From assembly GCA_964057225.1 (NCBI GenBank), contig OZ059899.1:1178001-1242000 (forward strand): a stretch of 64,000 bases of DNA. Reading direction: 5' to 3'. How positions within the stretch are numbered: position 1 is the first letter of the stretch; the number at the start of each line of letters is the position of its first letter. A program made the position numbers and the translations under genes. The DNA comes from Auanema rhodensis (Eukaryota; Animalia; Nematoda). Positions 1-11,807 of the stretch are shown here, one piece after another. Below the pieces are notes generated by a model. It was not told the origin of the DNA and made no database searches. It saw only the letters and a program-made list of their open reading frames with translations.

Positions 1-74
1 TTCCATTTTTCAAGGCAAAGACGATAGACAATGTTATTCAACAAAAAAATTAATTCTTCAGGGTGAAAATCGAG

Positions 75-96
75 GATATAAGTGTGAACTTATATC
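75..96. other. Monomer dyad 1: perfect 9-bp inverted repeat GATATAAGT-gtga-ACTTATATC (recurs in each monomer)
   Basis: 75-83 is the reverse complement of 88-96. It overlaps a second small dyad ATATCA-gt-TGATAT (92-105). The common G75/A75 polymorphism removes the outer pair. Confidence 0.9.
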
Positions 97-106
97 AGTT
101 GATATC

Positions 107-173
107 TCGGTGCATTTTTAAGCTAGCGCAAATCTGATAACACAGATCGACGCAGCTTAAAAATCCGCATCGA
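107..173. other. Monomer dyad 2: ~67-nt imperfect inverted repeat (potential long hairpin/cruciform)
   Basis: ATTTTTAAGCT (114-124) / AGCTTAAAAAT (154-164) is a perfect 11-bp stem. GCG (126-128) pairs with CGC (151-153), and ATCTG (132-136) with CAGAT (143-147) around a 6-nt loop. Outer TCGGTGC (107-113) / GCATCGA (167-173) has one G-T pair. Confidence 0.9.
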
Positions 174-247
174 ATGCACTATACTACATTGAGAAACGCT
201 TAATACAAAAATTAGTTATGATCGTTTGAAAAATGATGCATTAGTGT

Positions 248-275
248 ATGTTGAGTTTCCATGTACACTCAACAT
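248..275. other. Monomer dyad 3: perfect 9-bp inverted repeat ATGTTGAGT-(10 nt)-ACTCAACAT
   Basis: 248-256 is the reverse complement of 267-275. The recurrent TTTCC>TTCCC and CCATG>CTATG variants fall in the loop, not the stem. Confidence 0.9.
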
Positions 276-279
276 TGCT

Positions 280-351
280 TCCAAAAACATTTTGACAAAA
301 ATTTTTTCGAAAAATTTCAAAATAATTTAGCAAAAAGTAGATGTTTTTAGA
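280..351. other. Monomer dyad 4: AT-rich nested palindromic/A-tract segment
   Basis: A 12-bp palindrome TTTTTCGAAAAA (303-314) is flanked by ATTTTGA (289-295) / TCAAAAT (317-323). The outer pair TCCAAAAACAT (280-290) / ATGTTTTTAGA (341-351) is 10/11 complementary. Confidence 0.8.
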
Positions 352-3300
352 TTCCATTTTTCAAGGCAAAGACGATGGACAATGTTATTCAACGAAAAAA
401 TTAATTCTTCAGGGTGAAAATCGAGGATATAAGTGTGAACTTATATCAGTTGATATCTCGGTGCATTTTTAAGCTACCGCAAATCTGATAACACAGATCG
501 ACGCAGTTTAAAAATCCGCATCGAATGCACTATACTACATTGAGAAACGCTTAATACACAAATTAGTTATGATCGTTTGAAAAATGATGCATTAGTGTAT
601 GTTGAGTTTCCATGTACACTCAACATTGCTTCCAAAAACATTTTGACAAAAATTTTTTCGAAAAATTTCAAAATAATTTAGCAAAAAGTAGATGTTTTTA
701 GATTCCATTTTTCAAGGCAAAGACGATAGACAATGTTATTCAACGAAAAAATTAATTCTTCAGGGTGAAAATCGAGAATATAAGTGTGAACTTATATCAG
801 TTGATATCTCGGTGCATTTTTAAGCTAGCGCAAATCTGATAACACAGATCGACGCAGCTTAAAAATCCGCATCGAATGCACTATACTACATCGAAAAACG
901 CTTAATACAAAAATTAGTTATGATCGTTTGAAAAATGATGCATTAGTGTATGTTGAGTTTCCATGTACACTCAACATTGCTTCCAAAAACATTTTGACAA
1001 AAATTTTTTCGAAAAATTTCAAAATAATTTAGCAAAAAGTAGATGTTTTTAGATTCCATTTTTCAAGGCAAAGACGATAGACAATGTTATTCAACGAAAA
1101 AATTATTTCTTCAGGGTGAAAATCGAGGATATAAGTGTGAACTTATATCAGTTGATATCTCGGTGCATTTTTAAGCTAGCGCAAATCTGATAACACAGAT
1201 CGACGCAGCTTAAAAATCCGCATCGAATGCACTATGCTACATCAAGAAACGCTTGATACAAAAATTAGTTATGATCGTTTGAAAAATGATGCATTAGTGT
1301 ATGTTGAGTTTCCATGTACACTCAACATTGCTTCCAAAAACATTTTGACAAAAATTTTTTCGAAAAATTTCAAAATAATTTAGCAAAAAGTAGATGTTTT
1401 TAGATTCCATTTTTCAAGGCAAAGACGATAGACAATGTTATTCAACGAAAAAATTAATTCTTCAGGGTGAAAATCGAGGATATAAGTGTGAACTTATATC
1501 AGTTGATATCTCGGTGCATTTTTAAGCTACCGCAAATCTGATAACACAGATCGACGCAGCTTAAAAATCCGCATTGAATGCACTATACTACATTGAGAAA
1601 CGCTTAATACACAAATTAGTTATGATCGTTTGAAAAATGATGCATTAGTGTATGTTGAGTTTCCATGTACACTCAACATTGCTTCCAAAAACATTTTGAC
1701 AAAAATTTTTTCGAAAAATTTCAAAATAATTTAGCAAAAAGTAGATGTTTATAGATTCCTTTTTTCAAGGCAAAGACGATGGACAATGTTATTCAACGAA
1801 AAAATTAATTCTTCAGGGTGAAAATCGAGGATATAAGTGTGAACTTATATCAGTTGATATCTCGGTGCATTTTTAAGCTAGCGCAAATCTGATAACACAG
1901 ATAGACGCAGCTTAAAAATCCGCATCGAATGCACTATGCTACATCGAGAAACGCTTGATACAAAAATTAGTTATGATCGTTTGAAAAATGATGCATTAGT
2001 GTATGTTGAGTTTCCATGTACACTCAACATTGCTTCCAAAAACATTTTGACAAAAATTTTTTCGAAAAATTTCAAAATAATTTAGCAAAAAGTAGATGTT
2101 TTTAGATTCCATTTTTCAAGGCAAAGACGATAGACAATGTTATTCAACAAAAAAATTAATTCTTCAGGGTGAAAATCGAGGATATAAGTGTGAACTTATA
2201 TCAGTTGATATCTCGGTGCATTTTTAAGCTAGCGCAAATCTGATAACACAGATCGACGCAGCTTAAAAATCCGCATCGAATGCACTATACTACATTGAGA
2301 AACGCTTAATACAAAAATTAGTTATGATCGTTTGAAAAATGATGCATTAGTGTATGTTGAGTTTCCATGTACACTCAACATTGCTTCCAAAAACATTTTG
2401 ACAAAAATTTTTTCGAAAAATTTCAAAATAATTTAGCAAAAAGTAGATGTTTTTAGATTCCATTTTTCAAGGCAAAGACGATGGACAATGTTATTCAACG
2501 AAAAAATTAATTCTTCAGGGTGAAAATCGAGGATATAAGTGTGAACTTATATCAGTTGATATCTCGGTGCATTTTTAAGCTAGCGCAAATCTGATAACAC
2601 AGATCGACGCAGCTTAAAAATCCGCATCGAATGCACTATACTACATTGAGAAACGCTTAATACAAAAATTAGTTATGATCGTTTGAAAAATGATGCATTA
2701 GTGTATGTTGAGTTTCCATGTACACTCAACATTGCTTCCAAAAACATTTTGACAAAAATTTTTTCGAAAAATTTCAAAATAATTTAGCAAAAAGTAGATG
2801 TTTTTAGATTCCATTTTTCAAGGCAAAGACGATAGACAATGTTATTCAACGAAAAAATTAATTCTTCAGGGTGAAAATCGAGAATATAAGTGTGAACTTA
2901 TATCAGTTGATATCTCGGTGCATTTTTAAGCTAGCGCAAATCTGATAACACAGATCGACGCAGCTTAAAAATCCGCATCGAATGCACTATACTACATTGA
3001 GAAACGCTTAATACAAAAATTAGTTATGATCGTTTGAAAAATGATGCATTAGTGTATGTTGAGTTTCCATGTACACTCAACATTGCTTCCAAAAACATTT
3101 TGACAAAAATTTTTTCGAAAAATTTCAAAATAATTCAGCAAAAAGTAGATGTTTATAGATTCCTTTTTTCAAGGCAAAGACGATGGACAATGTTATTCAA
3201 CGAAAAAATTAATTCTTCAGGGTGAAAATCGAGGATATAAGTGTGAACTTATATCAGTTGATATCTCGGTGCATTTTTAGCTAGCGCAAATCTGATAACA

Positions 3301-6300
3301 CAGATCGACGCAGCTTAAAAATCCGCATCGAATGCACTATACTACATCGAGAAACGCTTGATACAAAAATTAGTTATGATCGTTTGAAAAATGATGCATT
3401 AGTGTATGTTGAGTTTCCATGTACACTCAACATTGCTTCCAAAAACATTTTGACAAAAATTTTTTCGAAAAATTTCAAAATAATTTAGCAAAAAGTAGAT
3501 GTTTTTAGATTCCATTTTTCAAGGCAAAGACGATAGACAATGTTATTCAACGAAAAAATTAATTCTTCAAGGTGAAAATCGAGGATATAAGTGTGAACTT
3601 ATATCAGTTGATATCTCGGTGCATTTTTAAGCTAGCGCAAATCTGATAACACAGATCGACGCAGCTTAAAAATCCGCATCGAATGCACTATACTACATTG
3701 AGAAACGCTTGATACAAAAATTAGTTATGATCGTTTGAAAAATGATGCATTAGTGTATGTTGAGTTTCCATGTACACTCAACATTGCTTCCAAAAACATT
3801 TTGACAAAAATTTTTTCGAAAAATTTCAAAATAATTTAGCAAAAAGTAGATGTTTTTAGATTCCTTTTTTTAAGGCAAAGACGATGGACAATGTTATTCA
3901 ACGAAAAAATTAATTCTTCAGGGTGAAAATCGAGGATATAAGTGTGAACTTATATCAGTTGATATCTCGGTGCATTTTTAAGCTAGCGCAAATCGGATAA
4001 CACAGATCGACGCAGCTTAAAAATCCGCATCGAATGCACTATACTACATTGAGAAACGCTTAATACAAAAATTAGTTATGATCGTTTGAAAAATGATGCA
4101 TTAGTGTATGTTGAGTTTCCATGTACACTCAACATTGCTTCCAAAAACATTTTGACAAAAATTTTTTCGAAAAATTTCAAAATAATTTAGCAAAAAGTAG
4201 ATGTTTTTAGATTCCATTTTTCAAGGCAAAGACGATAGACAATGTTATTCAACGAAAAAATTAATTCTTCAGGGTGAAAATCGAGAATATAAGTGTGAAC
4301 TTATATCAGTTGATATCTCGGTGCATTTTTAAGCTAGCGCAAATCTGATAACACAGATCGACGCAGCTTAAAAATCCGCATCGAATGCACTATACTACAT
4401 TGAGAAACGCTTAATACAAAAATTAGTTATGATCGTTTGAAAAATGATGCATTAGTGTATGTTGAGTTTCCATGTACACTCAACATTGCTTCCAAAAACA
4501 TTTTGACAAAAATTTTTTCGAAAAATTTCAAAATAATTCAGCAAAAAGTAGATGTTTATAGATTCCTTTTTTCAAGGCAAAGACGATGGACAATGTTATT
4601 CAACGAAAAAATTAATTCTTCAGGGTGAAAATCGAGGATATAAGTGTGAACTTATATCAGTTGATATCTCGGTGCATTTTTAAGCTAGCGCAAATCTGAT
4701 AACACAGATCGACGCAGCTTAAAAATCCGCATCGAATGCACTATACTACATCGAGAAACGCTTGATACAAAAATTAGTTATGATCGTTTGAAAAATGATG
4801 CATTAGTGTATGTTGAGTTTCCATGTACACTCAACATTGCTTCCAAAAACATTTTGACAAAAATTTTTTCGAAAAATTTCAAAATAATTTAGCAAAAAGT
4901 AGATGTTTTTAGATTCCATTTTTCAAGGCAAAGACGATAGACAATGTTATTCAACGAAAAAATTAATTCTTCAAGGTGAAAATCGAGGATATAAGTGTGA
5001 ACTTATATCAGTTGATATCTCGGTGCATTTTTAAGCTAGCGCAAATCTGATAACACAGATCGACGCAGCTTAAAAATCCGCATCGAATGCACTATACTAC
5101 ATCAAGAAACGCTTGATACAAAAATTAGTTATGATCGTTTGAAAAATGATGCATTAGTGTATGTTGAGTTTCCATGTACACTCAACATTGCTTCCAAAAA
5201 CATTTTGACAAAAATTTTTTCGAAAAATTTCAAAATAATTTAGCAAAAAGTAGATGTTTTTAAATTCCTTTTTTTAAGGCAAAGACGATGGACAATGTTA
5301 TTCAACGAAAAAATTAATTCTTCAGGGTGAAAATCGAGAATATAAGTGTGAACTTATATCAGTTGATATCTCGGTGCATTTTTAAGCTAGCGCAAATCGG
5401 ATAACACAGATCGACGCAGCTTAAAAATCCGCATCGAATGCACTATACTACATTGAGAAACGCTTAATACAAAAATTAGTTATGATCGTTTGAAAAATGA
5501 TGCATTAGTGTATGTTGAGTTTCCATGTACACTCAACATTGCTTCCAAAAACATTTTGACAAAAATTTTTTCGAAAAATTTCAAAATAATTCAGCAAAAA
5601 GTAGATGTTTATAGATTCCTTTTTTCAAGGCAAAGACGATGGACAATGTTATTCAACGAAAAAATTAATTCTTCAGGGTGAAAATCGAGAATATAAGTGT
5701 GAACTTATATCAGTTGATATCTCGGTGCATTTTTAAGCTAGCGCAAATCTGATAACACAGATCGACGCAGCTTAAAAATCCGCATCGAATGCACTATACT
5801 ACATTGAGAAACGCTTAATACAAAAATTAGTTATGATCGTTTGAAAAATGATGCATTAGTGTATGTTGAGTTTCCATGTACACTCAACATTGCTTCCAAA
5901 AACATTTTGACAAAAATTTTTTCGAAAAATTTCAAAATAATTTAGCAAAAAGTAGATGTTTTTAGATTCCATTTTTCAAGGCAAAGACGATGGACAATGT
6001 TATTCAACGAAAAAATTAATTCTTCAGGGTGAAAATCGAGGATATAAGTGTGAACTTATATCAGTTGATATCTCGGTGCATTTTTAAGCTACCGCAAATC
6101 TGATAACACAGATCGACGCAGCTTAAAAATCCGCATCGAATGCACTATACTACATTGAGAAACGCTTAATACACAAATTAGTTATGATCGTTTGAAAAAT
6201 GATGCAATAGTGTATGTTGAGTTTCCATGTACACTCAACATTGCTTCCAAAAACATTTTGACAAAAATTTTTTCGAAAAATTTCAAGATAATTTAGCAAA

Positions 6301-9300
6301 AAGTAGATGTTTTTAGATTCCATTTTTCAAGGCAAAGACGATAGACAATGTTATTCAACGAAAAAATTAATTCTTCAGGGTGAAAATCGAGGATATAAGT
6401 GTGAACTTATATCAGTTGATATCTCGGTGCATTTTTAAGCTACCGCAAATCTGATAACACAGATCGACGCAGCTTAAAAATCCGCATCGAATGCACTATA
6501 CTACATCGAGAAACGCTTGATACAAAAATTAGTTATGATCGTTTGAAAAATGATGCATTAGTGTATGTTGAGTTTCCATGTACACTCAACATTGCTTCCA
6601 AAAACATTTTGACAAAAATTTTTTCGAAAAATTTCAAAATAATTTAGCAAAAAGTAGATGTTTTTAAATTCCTTTTTTTAAGGCAAAGACGATGGACAAT
6701 GTTATTCAACGAAAAAATTAATTCTTCAGGGTGAAAATCGAGGATATAAGTGTGAACTTATATCAGTTGATATCTCGGTGCATTTTTAAGCTAGCGCAAA
6801 TCTGATAACACAGATCGACGCAGCTTAAAAATCCGCATCGAATGCACTATACTACATCGAGAAACGCTCGATACAAAAATTAGTTATGATCGTTTGAAAA
6901 ATGATGCATTAGTGTATGTTGAGTTCCCATGTACACTCAACATTGCTTCCAAAAACATTTTGACAAAAATTTTTTCGAAAAATTTCAAAATAATTTAGCA
7001 AAAAGTAGATGTTTTTAGATTCCATTTTTCAAGGCAAAGACGATAGACAATGTTATTCAACAAAAAAATTAATTCTTCAGGGTGAAAATCGAGAATATAA
7101 GTGTGAACTTATATCAGTTGATATCTCGGTGCATTTTTAAGCTAGCGCAAATCTGATAACACAGATCGACGCAGCTTAAAAATCCGCATCGAATGCACTA
7201 TACTACATTGAGAAACGCTTGATACAAAAATTAGTTATGATCGTTTGAAAAATGATGCATTAGTGTATGTTGAGTTTCCATGTACACTCAACATTGCTTC
7301 CAAAAACATTTTGACAAAAATTTTTTCGAAAAATTTCAAAATAATTTAGCAAAAAGTAGATGTTTTTAGATTCCATTTTTCAAGGCAAAGACGATAGACA
7401 ATGTTATTCAACGAAAAAATTAATTCTTCAAGGTGAAAATCGAGGATATAAGTGTGAACTTATATCAGTTGATATCTCGGTGCATTTTTAAGCTAGCGCA
7501 AATCTGATAACACAGATCGACGCAGCTTAAAAATCCGCATCGAATGCACTATACTACATCAAGAAACGCTTGATACAAAAATTAGTTATGATCGTTTGAA
7601 AAATGATGCATTAGTGTATGTTGAGTTTCCATGTACACTCAACATTGCTTCCAAAAACATTTTGACAAAAATTTTTTCGAAAAATTTCAAAATAATTTAG
7701 CAAAAAGTAGATGTTTTTAAATTCCTTTTTTTAAGGCAAAGACGATGGACAATGTTATTCAACGAAAAAATTAATTCTTCAGGGTGAAAATCGAGAATAT
7801 AAGTGTGAACTTATATCAGTTGATATCTCGGTGCATTTTTAAGCTAGCGCAAATCGGATAACACAGATCGACGCAGCTTAAAAATCCGCATCGAATGCAC
7901 TATACTACATTGAGAAACGCTTAATACAAAAATTAGTTATGATCGTTTGAAAAATGATGCATTAGTGTATGTTGAGTTTCCATGTACACTCAACATTGCT
8001 TCCAAAAACATTTTGACAAAAATTTTTTCGAAAAATTTCAAAATAATTCAGCAAAAAGTAGATGTTTATAGATTCCTTTTTTCAAGGCAAAGACGATGGA
8101 CAATGTTATTCAACGAAAAAATTAATTCTTCAGGGTGAAAATCGAGAATATAAGTGTGAACTTATATCAGTTGATATCTCGGTGCATTTTTAAGCTAGCG
8201 CAAATCTGATAACACAGATCGACGCAGCTTAAAAATCCGCATCGAATGCACTATACTACATTGAGAAACGCTTAATACAAAAATTAGTTATGATCGTTTG
8301 AAAAATGATGCATTAGTGTATGTTGAGTTTCCATGTACACTCAACATTGCTTCCAAAAACATTTTGACAAAAATTTTTTCGAAAAATTTCAAAATAATTT
8401 AGCAAAAAGTAGAAGTTTTTAGATTCCATTTTTCAAGGCAAAGACGATGGACAATGTTATTCAACGAAAAAATTAATTCTTCAGGGTGAAAATCGAGGAT
8501 ATAAGTGTGAACTTATATCAGTTGATATCTCGGTGCATTTTTAAGCTAGCGCAAATCTGATAACACAGATCGACGCAGCTTAAAAATCCGCATCGAATGC
8601 ACTATACTACATCAAGAAACGCTTGATACAAAAATTAGTTATGATCGTTTGAAAAATGATGCATTAGTGTATGTTGAGTTTCCATGTACACTCAACATTG
8701 CTTCCAAAAACATTTTGACAAAAATTTTTTCGAAAAATTTCAAAATAATTTAGCAAAAAGTAGATGTTTTTAAATTCCTTTTTTTAAGGCAAAGACGATG
8801 GACAATGTTATTCAACGAAAAAATTAATTCTTCAGGGTGAAAATCGAGAATATAAGTGTGAACTTATATCAGTTGATATCTCGGTGCATTTTTAAGCTAG
8901 CGCAAATCGGATAACACAGATCGACGCAGCTTAAAAATCCGCATCGAATGCACTATACTACATTGAGAAACGCTTAATACAAAAATTAGTTATGATCGTT
9001 TGAAAAATGATGCATTAGTGTATGTTGAGTTTCCATGTACACTCAACATTGCTTCCAAAAACATTTTGACAAAAATTTTTTCGAAAAATTTCAAAATAAT
9101 TCAGCAAAAAGTAGATGTTTATAGATTCCTTTTTTCAAGGCAAAGACGATGGACAATGTTATTCAACGAAAAAATTAATTCTTCAGGGTGAAAATCGAGA
9201 ATATAAGTGTGAACTTATATCAGTTGATATCTCGGTGCATTTTTAAGCTAGCGCAAATCGGATAACACAGATCGACGCAGCTTAAAAATCCGCATCGAAT

Positions 9301-11807
9301 GCACTATACTACATTGAGAAACGCTTAATACAAAAATTAGTTATGATCGTTTGAAAAATGATGCATTAGTGTATGTTGAGTTTCCATGTACACTCAACAT
9401 TGCTTCCAAAAACATTTTGACAAAAATTTTTTCGAAAAATTTCAAAATAATTCAGCAAAAAGTAGATGTTTATAGATTCCTTTTTTCAAGGCAAAGACGA
9501 TGGACAATGTTATTCAACGAAAAAATTAATTCTTCAGGGTGAAAATCGAGAATATAAGTGTGAACTTATATCAGTTGATATCTCGGTGCATTTTTAAGCT
9601 AGCGCAAATCTGATAACACAGATCGACGCAGCTTAAAAATCCGCATCGAATGCACTATACTACATTGAGAAACGCTTAATACAAAAATTAGTTATGATCG
9701 TTTGAAAAATGATGCATTAGTGTATGTTGAGTTTCCATGTACACTCAACATTGCTTCCAAAAACATTTTGACAAAAATTTTTTCGAAAAATTTCAAAATA
9801 ATTTAGCAAAAAGTAGATGTTTTTAGATTCCATTTTTCAAGGCAAAGACGATGGACAATGTTATTCAACGAAAAAATTAATTCTTCAGGGTGAAAATCGA
9901 GGATATAAGTGTGAACTTATATCAGTTGATATCTCGGTGCATTTTTAAGCTACCGCAAATCTGATAACACAGATCGACGCAGCTTAAAAATCCGCATCGA
10001 ATGCACTATACTACATTGAGAAACGCTTAATACACAAATTAGTTATGATCGTTTGAAAAATGATGCAATAGTGTATGTTGAGTTTCCATGTACACTCAAC
10101 ATTGCTTCCAAAAACATTTTGACAAAAATTTTTTCGAAAAATTTCAAGATAATTTAGCAAAAAGTAGATGTTTTTAGATTCCATTTTTCAAGGCAAAGAC
10201 GATAGACAATGTTATTCAACGAAAAAATTAATTCTTCAGGGTGAAAATCGAGGATATAAGTGTGAACTTATATCAGTTGATATCTCGGTGCATTTTTAAG
10301 CTACCGCAAATCTGATAACACAGATCGACGCAGCTTAAAAATCCGCATCGAATGCACTATACTACATCGAGAAACGCTTGATACAAAAATTAGTTATGAT
10401 CGTTTGAAAAATGATGCATTAGTGTATGTTGAGTTTCCATGTACACTCAACATTGCTTCCAAAAACATTTTGACAAAAATTTTTTCGAAAAATTTCAAAA
10501 TAATTTAGCAAAAAGTAGATGTTTTTAAATTCCTTTTTTTAAGGCAAAGACGATGGACAATGTTATTCAACGAAAAAATTAATTCTTCAGGGTGAAAATC
10601 GAGGATATAAGTGTGAACTTATATCAGTTGATATCTCGGTGCATTTTTAAGCTAGCGCAAATCTGATAACACAGATCGACGCAGCTTAAAAATCCGCATC
10701 GAATGCACTATACTACATCGAGAAACGCTCGATACAAAAATTAGTTATGATCGTTTGAAAAATGATGCATTAGTGTATGTTGAGTTCCCATGTACACTCA
10801 ACATTGCTTCCAAAAACATTTTGACAAAAATTTTTTCGAAAAATTTCAAAATAATTTAGCAAAAAGTAGATGTTTTTAGATTCCATTTTTCAAGGCAAAG
10901 ACGATAGACAATGTTATTCAACAAAAAAATTAATTCTTCAGGGTGAAAATCGAGAATATAAGTGTGAACTTATATCAGTTGATATCTCGGTGCATTTTTA
11001 AGCTAGCGCAAATCTGATAACACAGATCGACGCAGCTTAAAAATCCGCATCGAATGCACTATACTACATTGAGAAACGCTTAATACAAAAATTAGTTATG
11101 ATCGTTTGAAAAATGATGCATTAGTGTATGTTGAGTTTCCATGTACACTCAACATTGCTTCCAAAAACATTTTGACAAAAATTTTTTCGAAAAATTTCAA
11201 AATAATTCAGCAAAAAGTAGATGTTTATAGATTCCTTTTTTCAAGGCAAAGACGATGGACAATGTTATTCAACGAAAAAATTAATTCTTCAGGGTGAAAA
11301 TCGAGAATATAAGTGTGAACTTATATCAGTTGATATCTCGGTGCATTTTTAAGCTAGCGCAAATCTGATAACACAGATCGACGCAGCTTAAAAATCCGCA
11401 TCGAATGCACTATACTACATTGAGAAACGCTTAATACAAAAATTAGTTATGATCGTTTGAAAAATGATGCATTAGTGTATGTTGAGTTTCCATGTACACT
11501 CAACATTGCTTCCAAAAACATTTTGACAAAAATTTTTTCGAAAAATTTCAAAATAATTCAGCAAAAAGTAGATGTTTATAGATTCCTTTTTTCAAGGCAA
11601 AGACGATGGACAATGTTATTCAACGAAAAAATTAATTCTTCAGGGTGAAAATCGAGAATATAAGTGTGAACTTATATCAGTTGATATCTCGGTGCATTTT
11701 TAAGCTAGCGCAAATCTGATAACACAGATCGACGCAGCTTAAAAATCCGCATCGAATGCACTATACTACATTGAGAAACGCTTAATACAAAAATTAGTTA
11801 TGATCGT

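Noticed and set aside
5-61. Hammerhead ribozyme as found in some satellites (minus-strand CTGAAGA at 61-55; plus-strand CTGATAA at 134-140)
   Set aside because: The minus-strand CUGAAGA is not followed by a pairable stem II closing onto GAAA, and the plus-strand motif lacks the conserved G8. An Infernal/Rfam search would be the formal test.
305-321. CENP-B box-like motif (TTCG....A)
   Set aside because: Only TTCG and the A match; the required CGGG is absent.
1-351. Monomer length divisible by 3 (117 codons), suggesting a giant repetitive protein
   Set aside because: No ORF longer than 72 aa in any frame; stops occur in every monomer, and single-base indels are tolerated and amplified.
1-351. 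5S rDNA, tRNA or spliced-leader tandem gene unit
   Set aside because: No recognisable 5S sequence, cloverleaf, Pol III A/B boxes or known SL exon was seen in the ~31% GC monomer.
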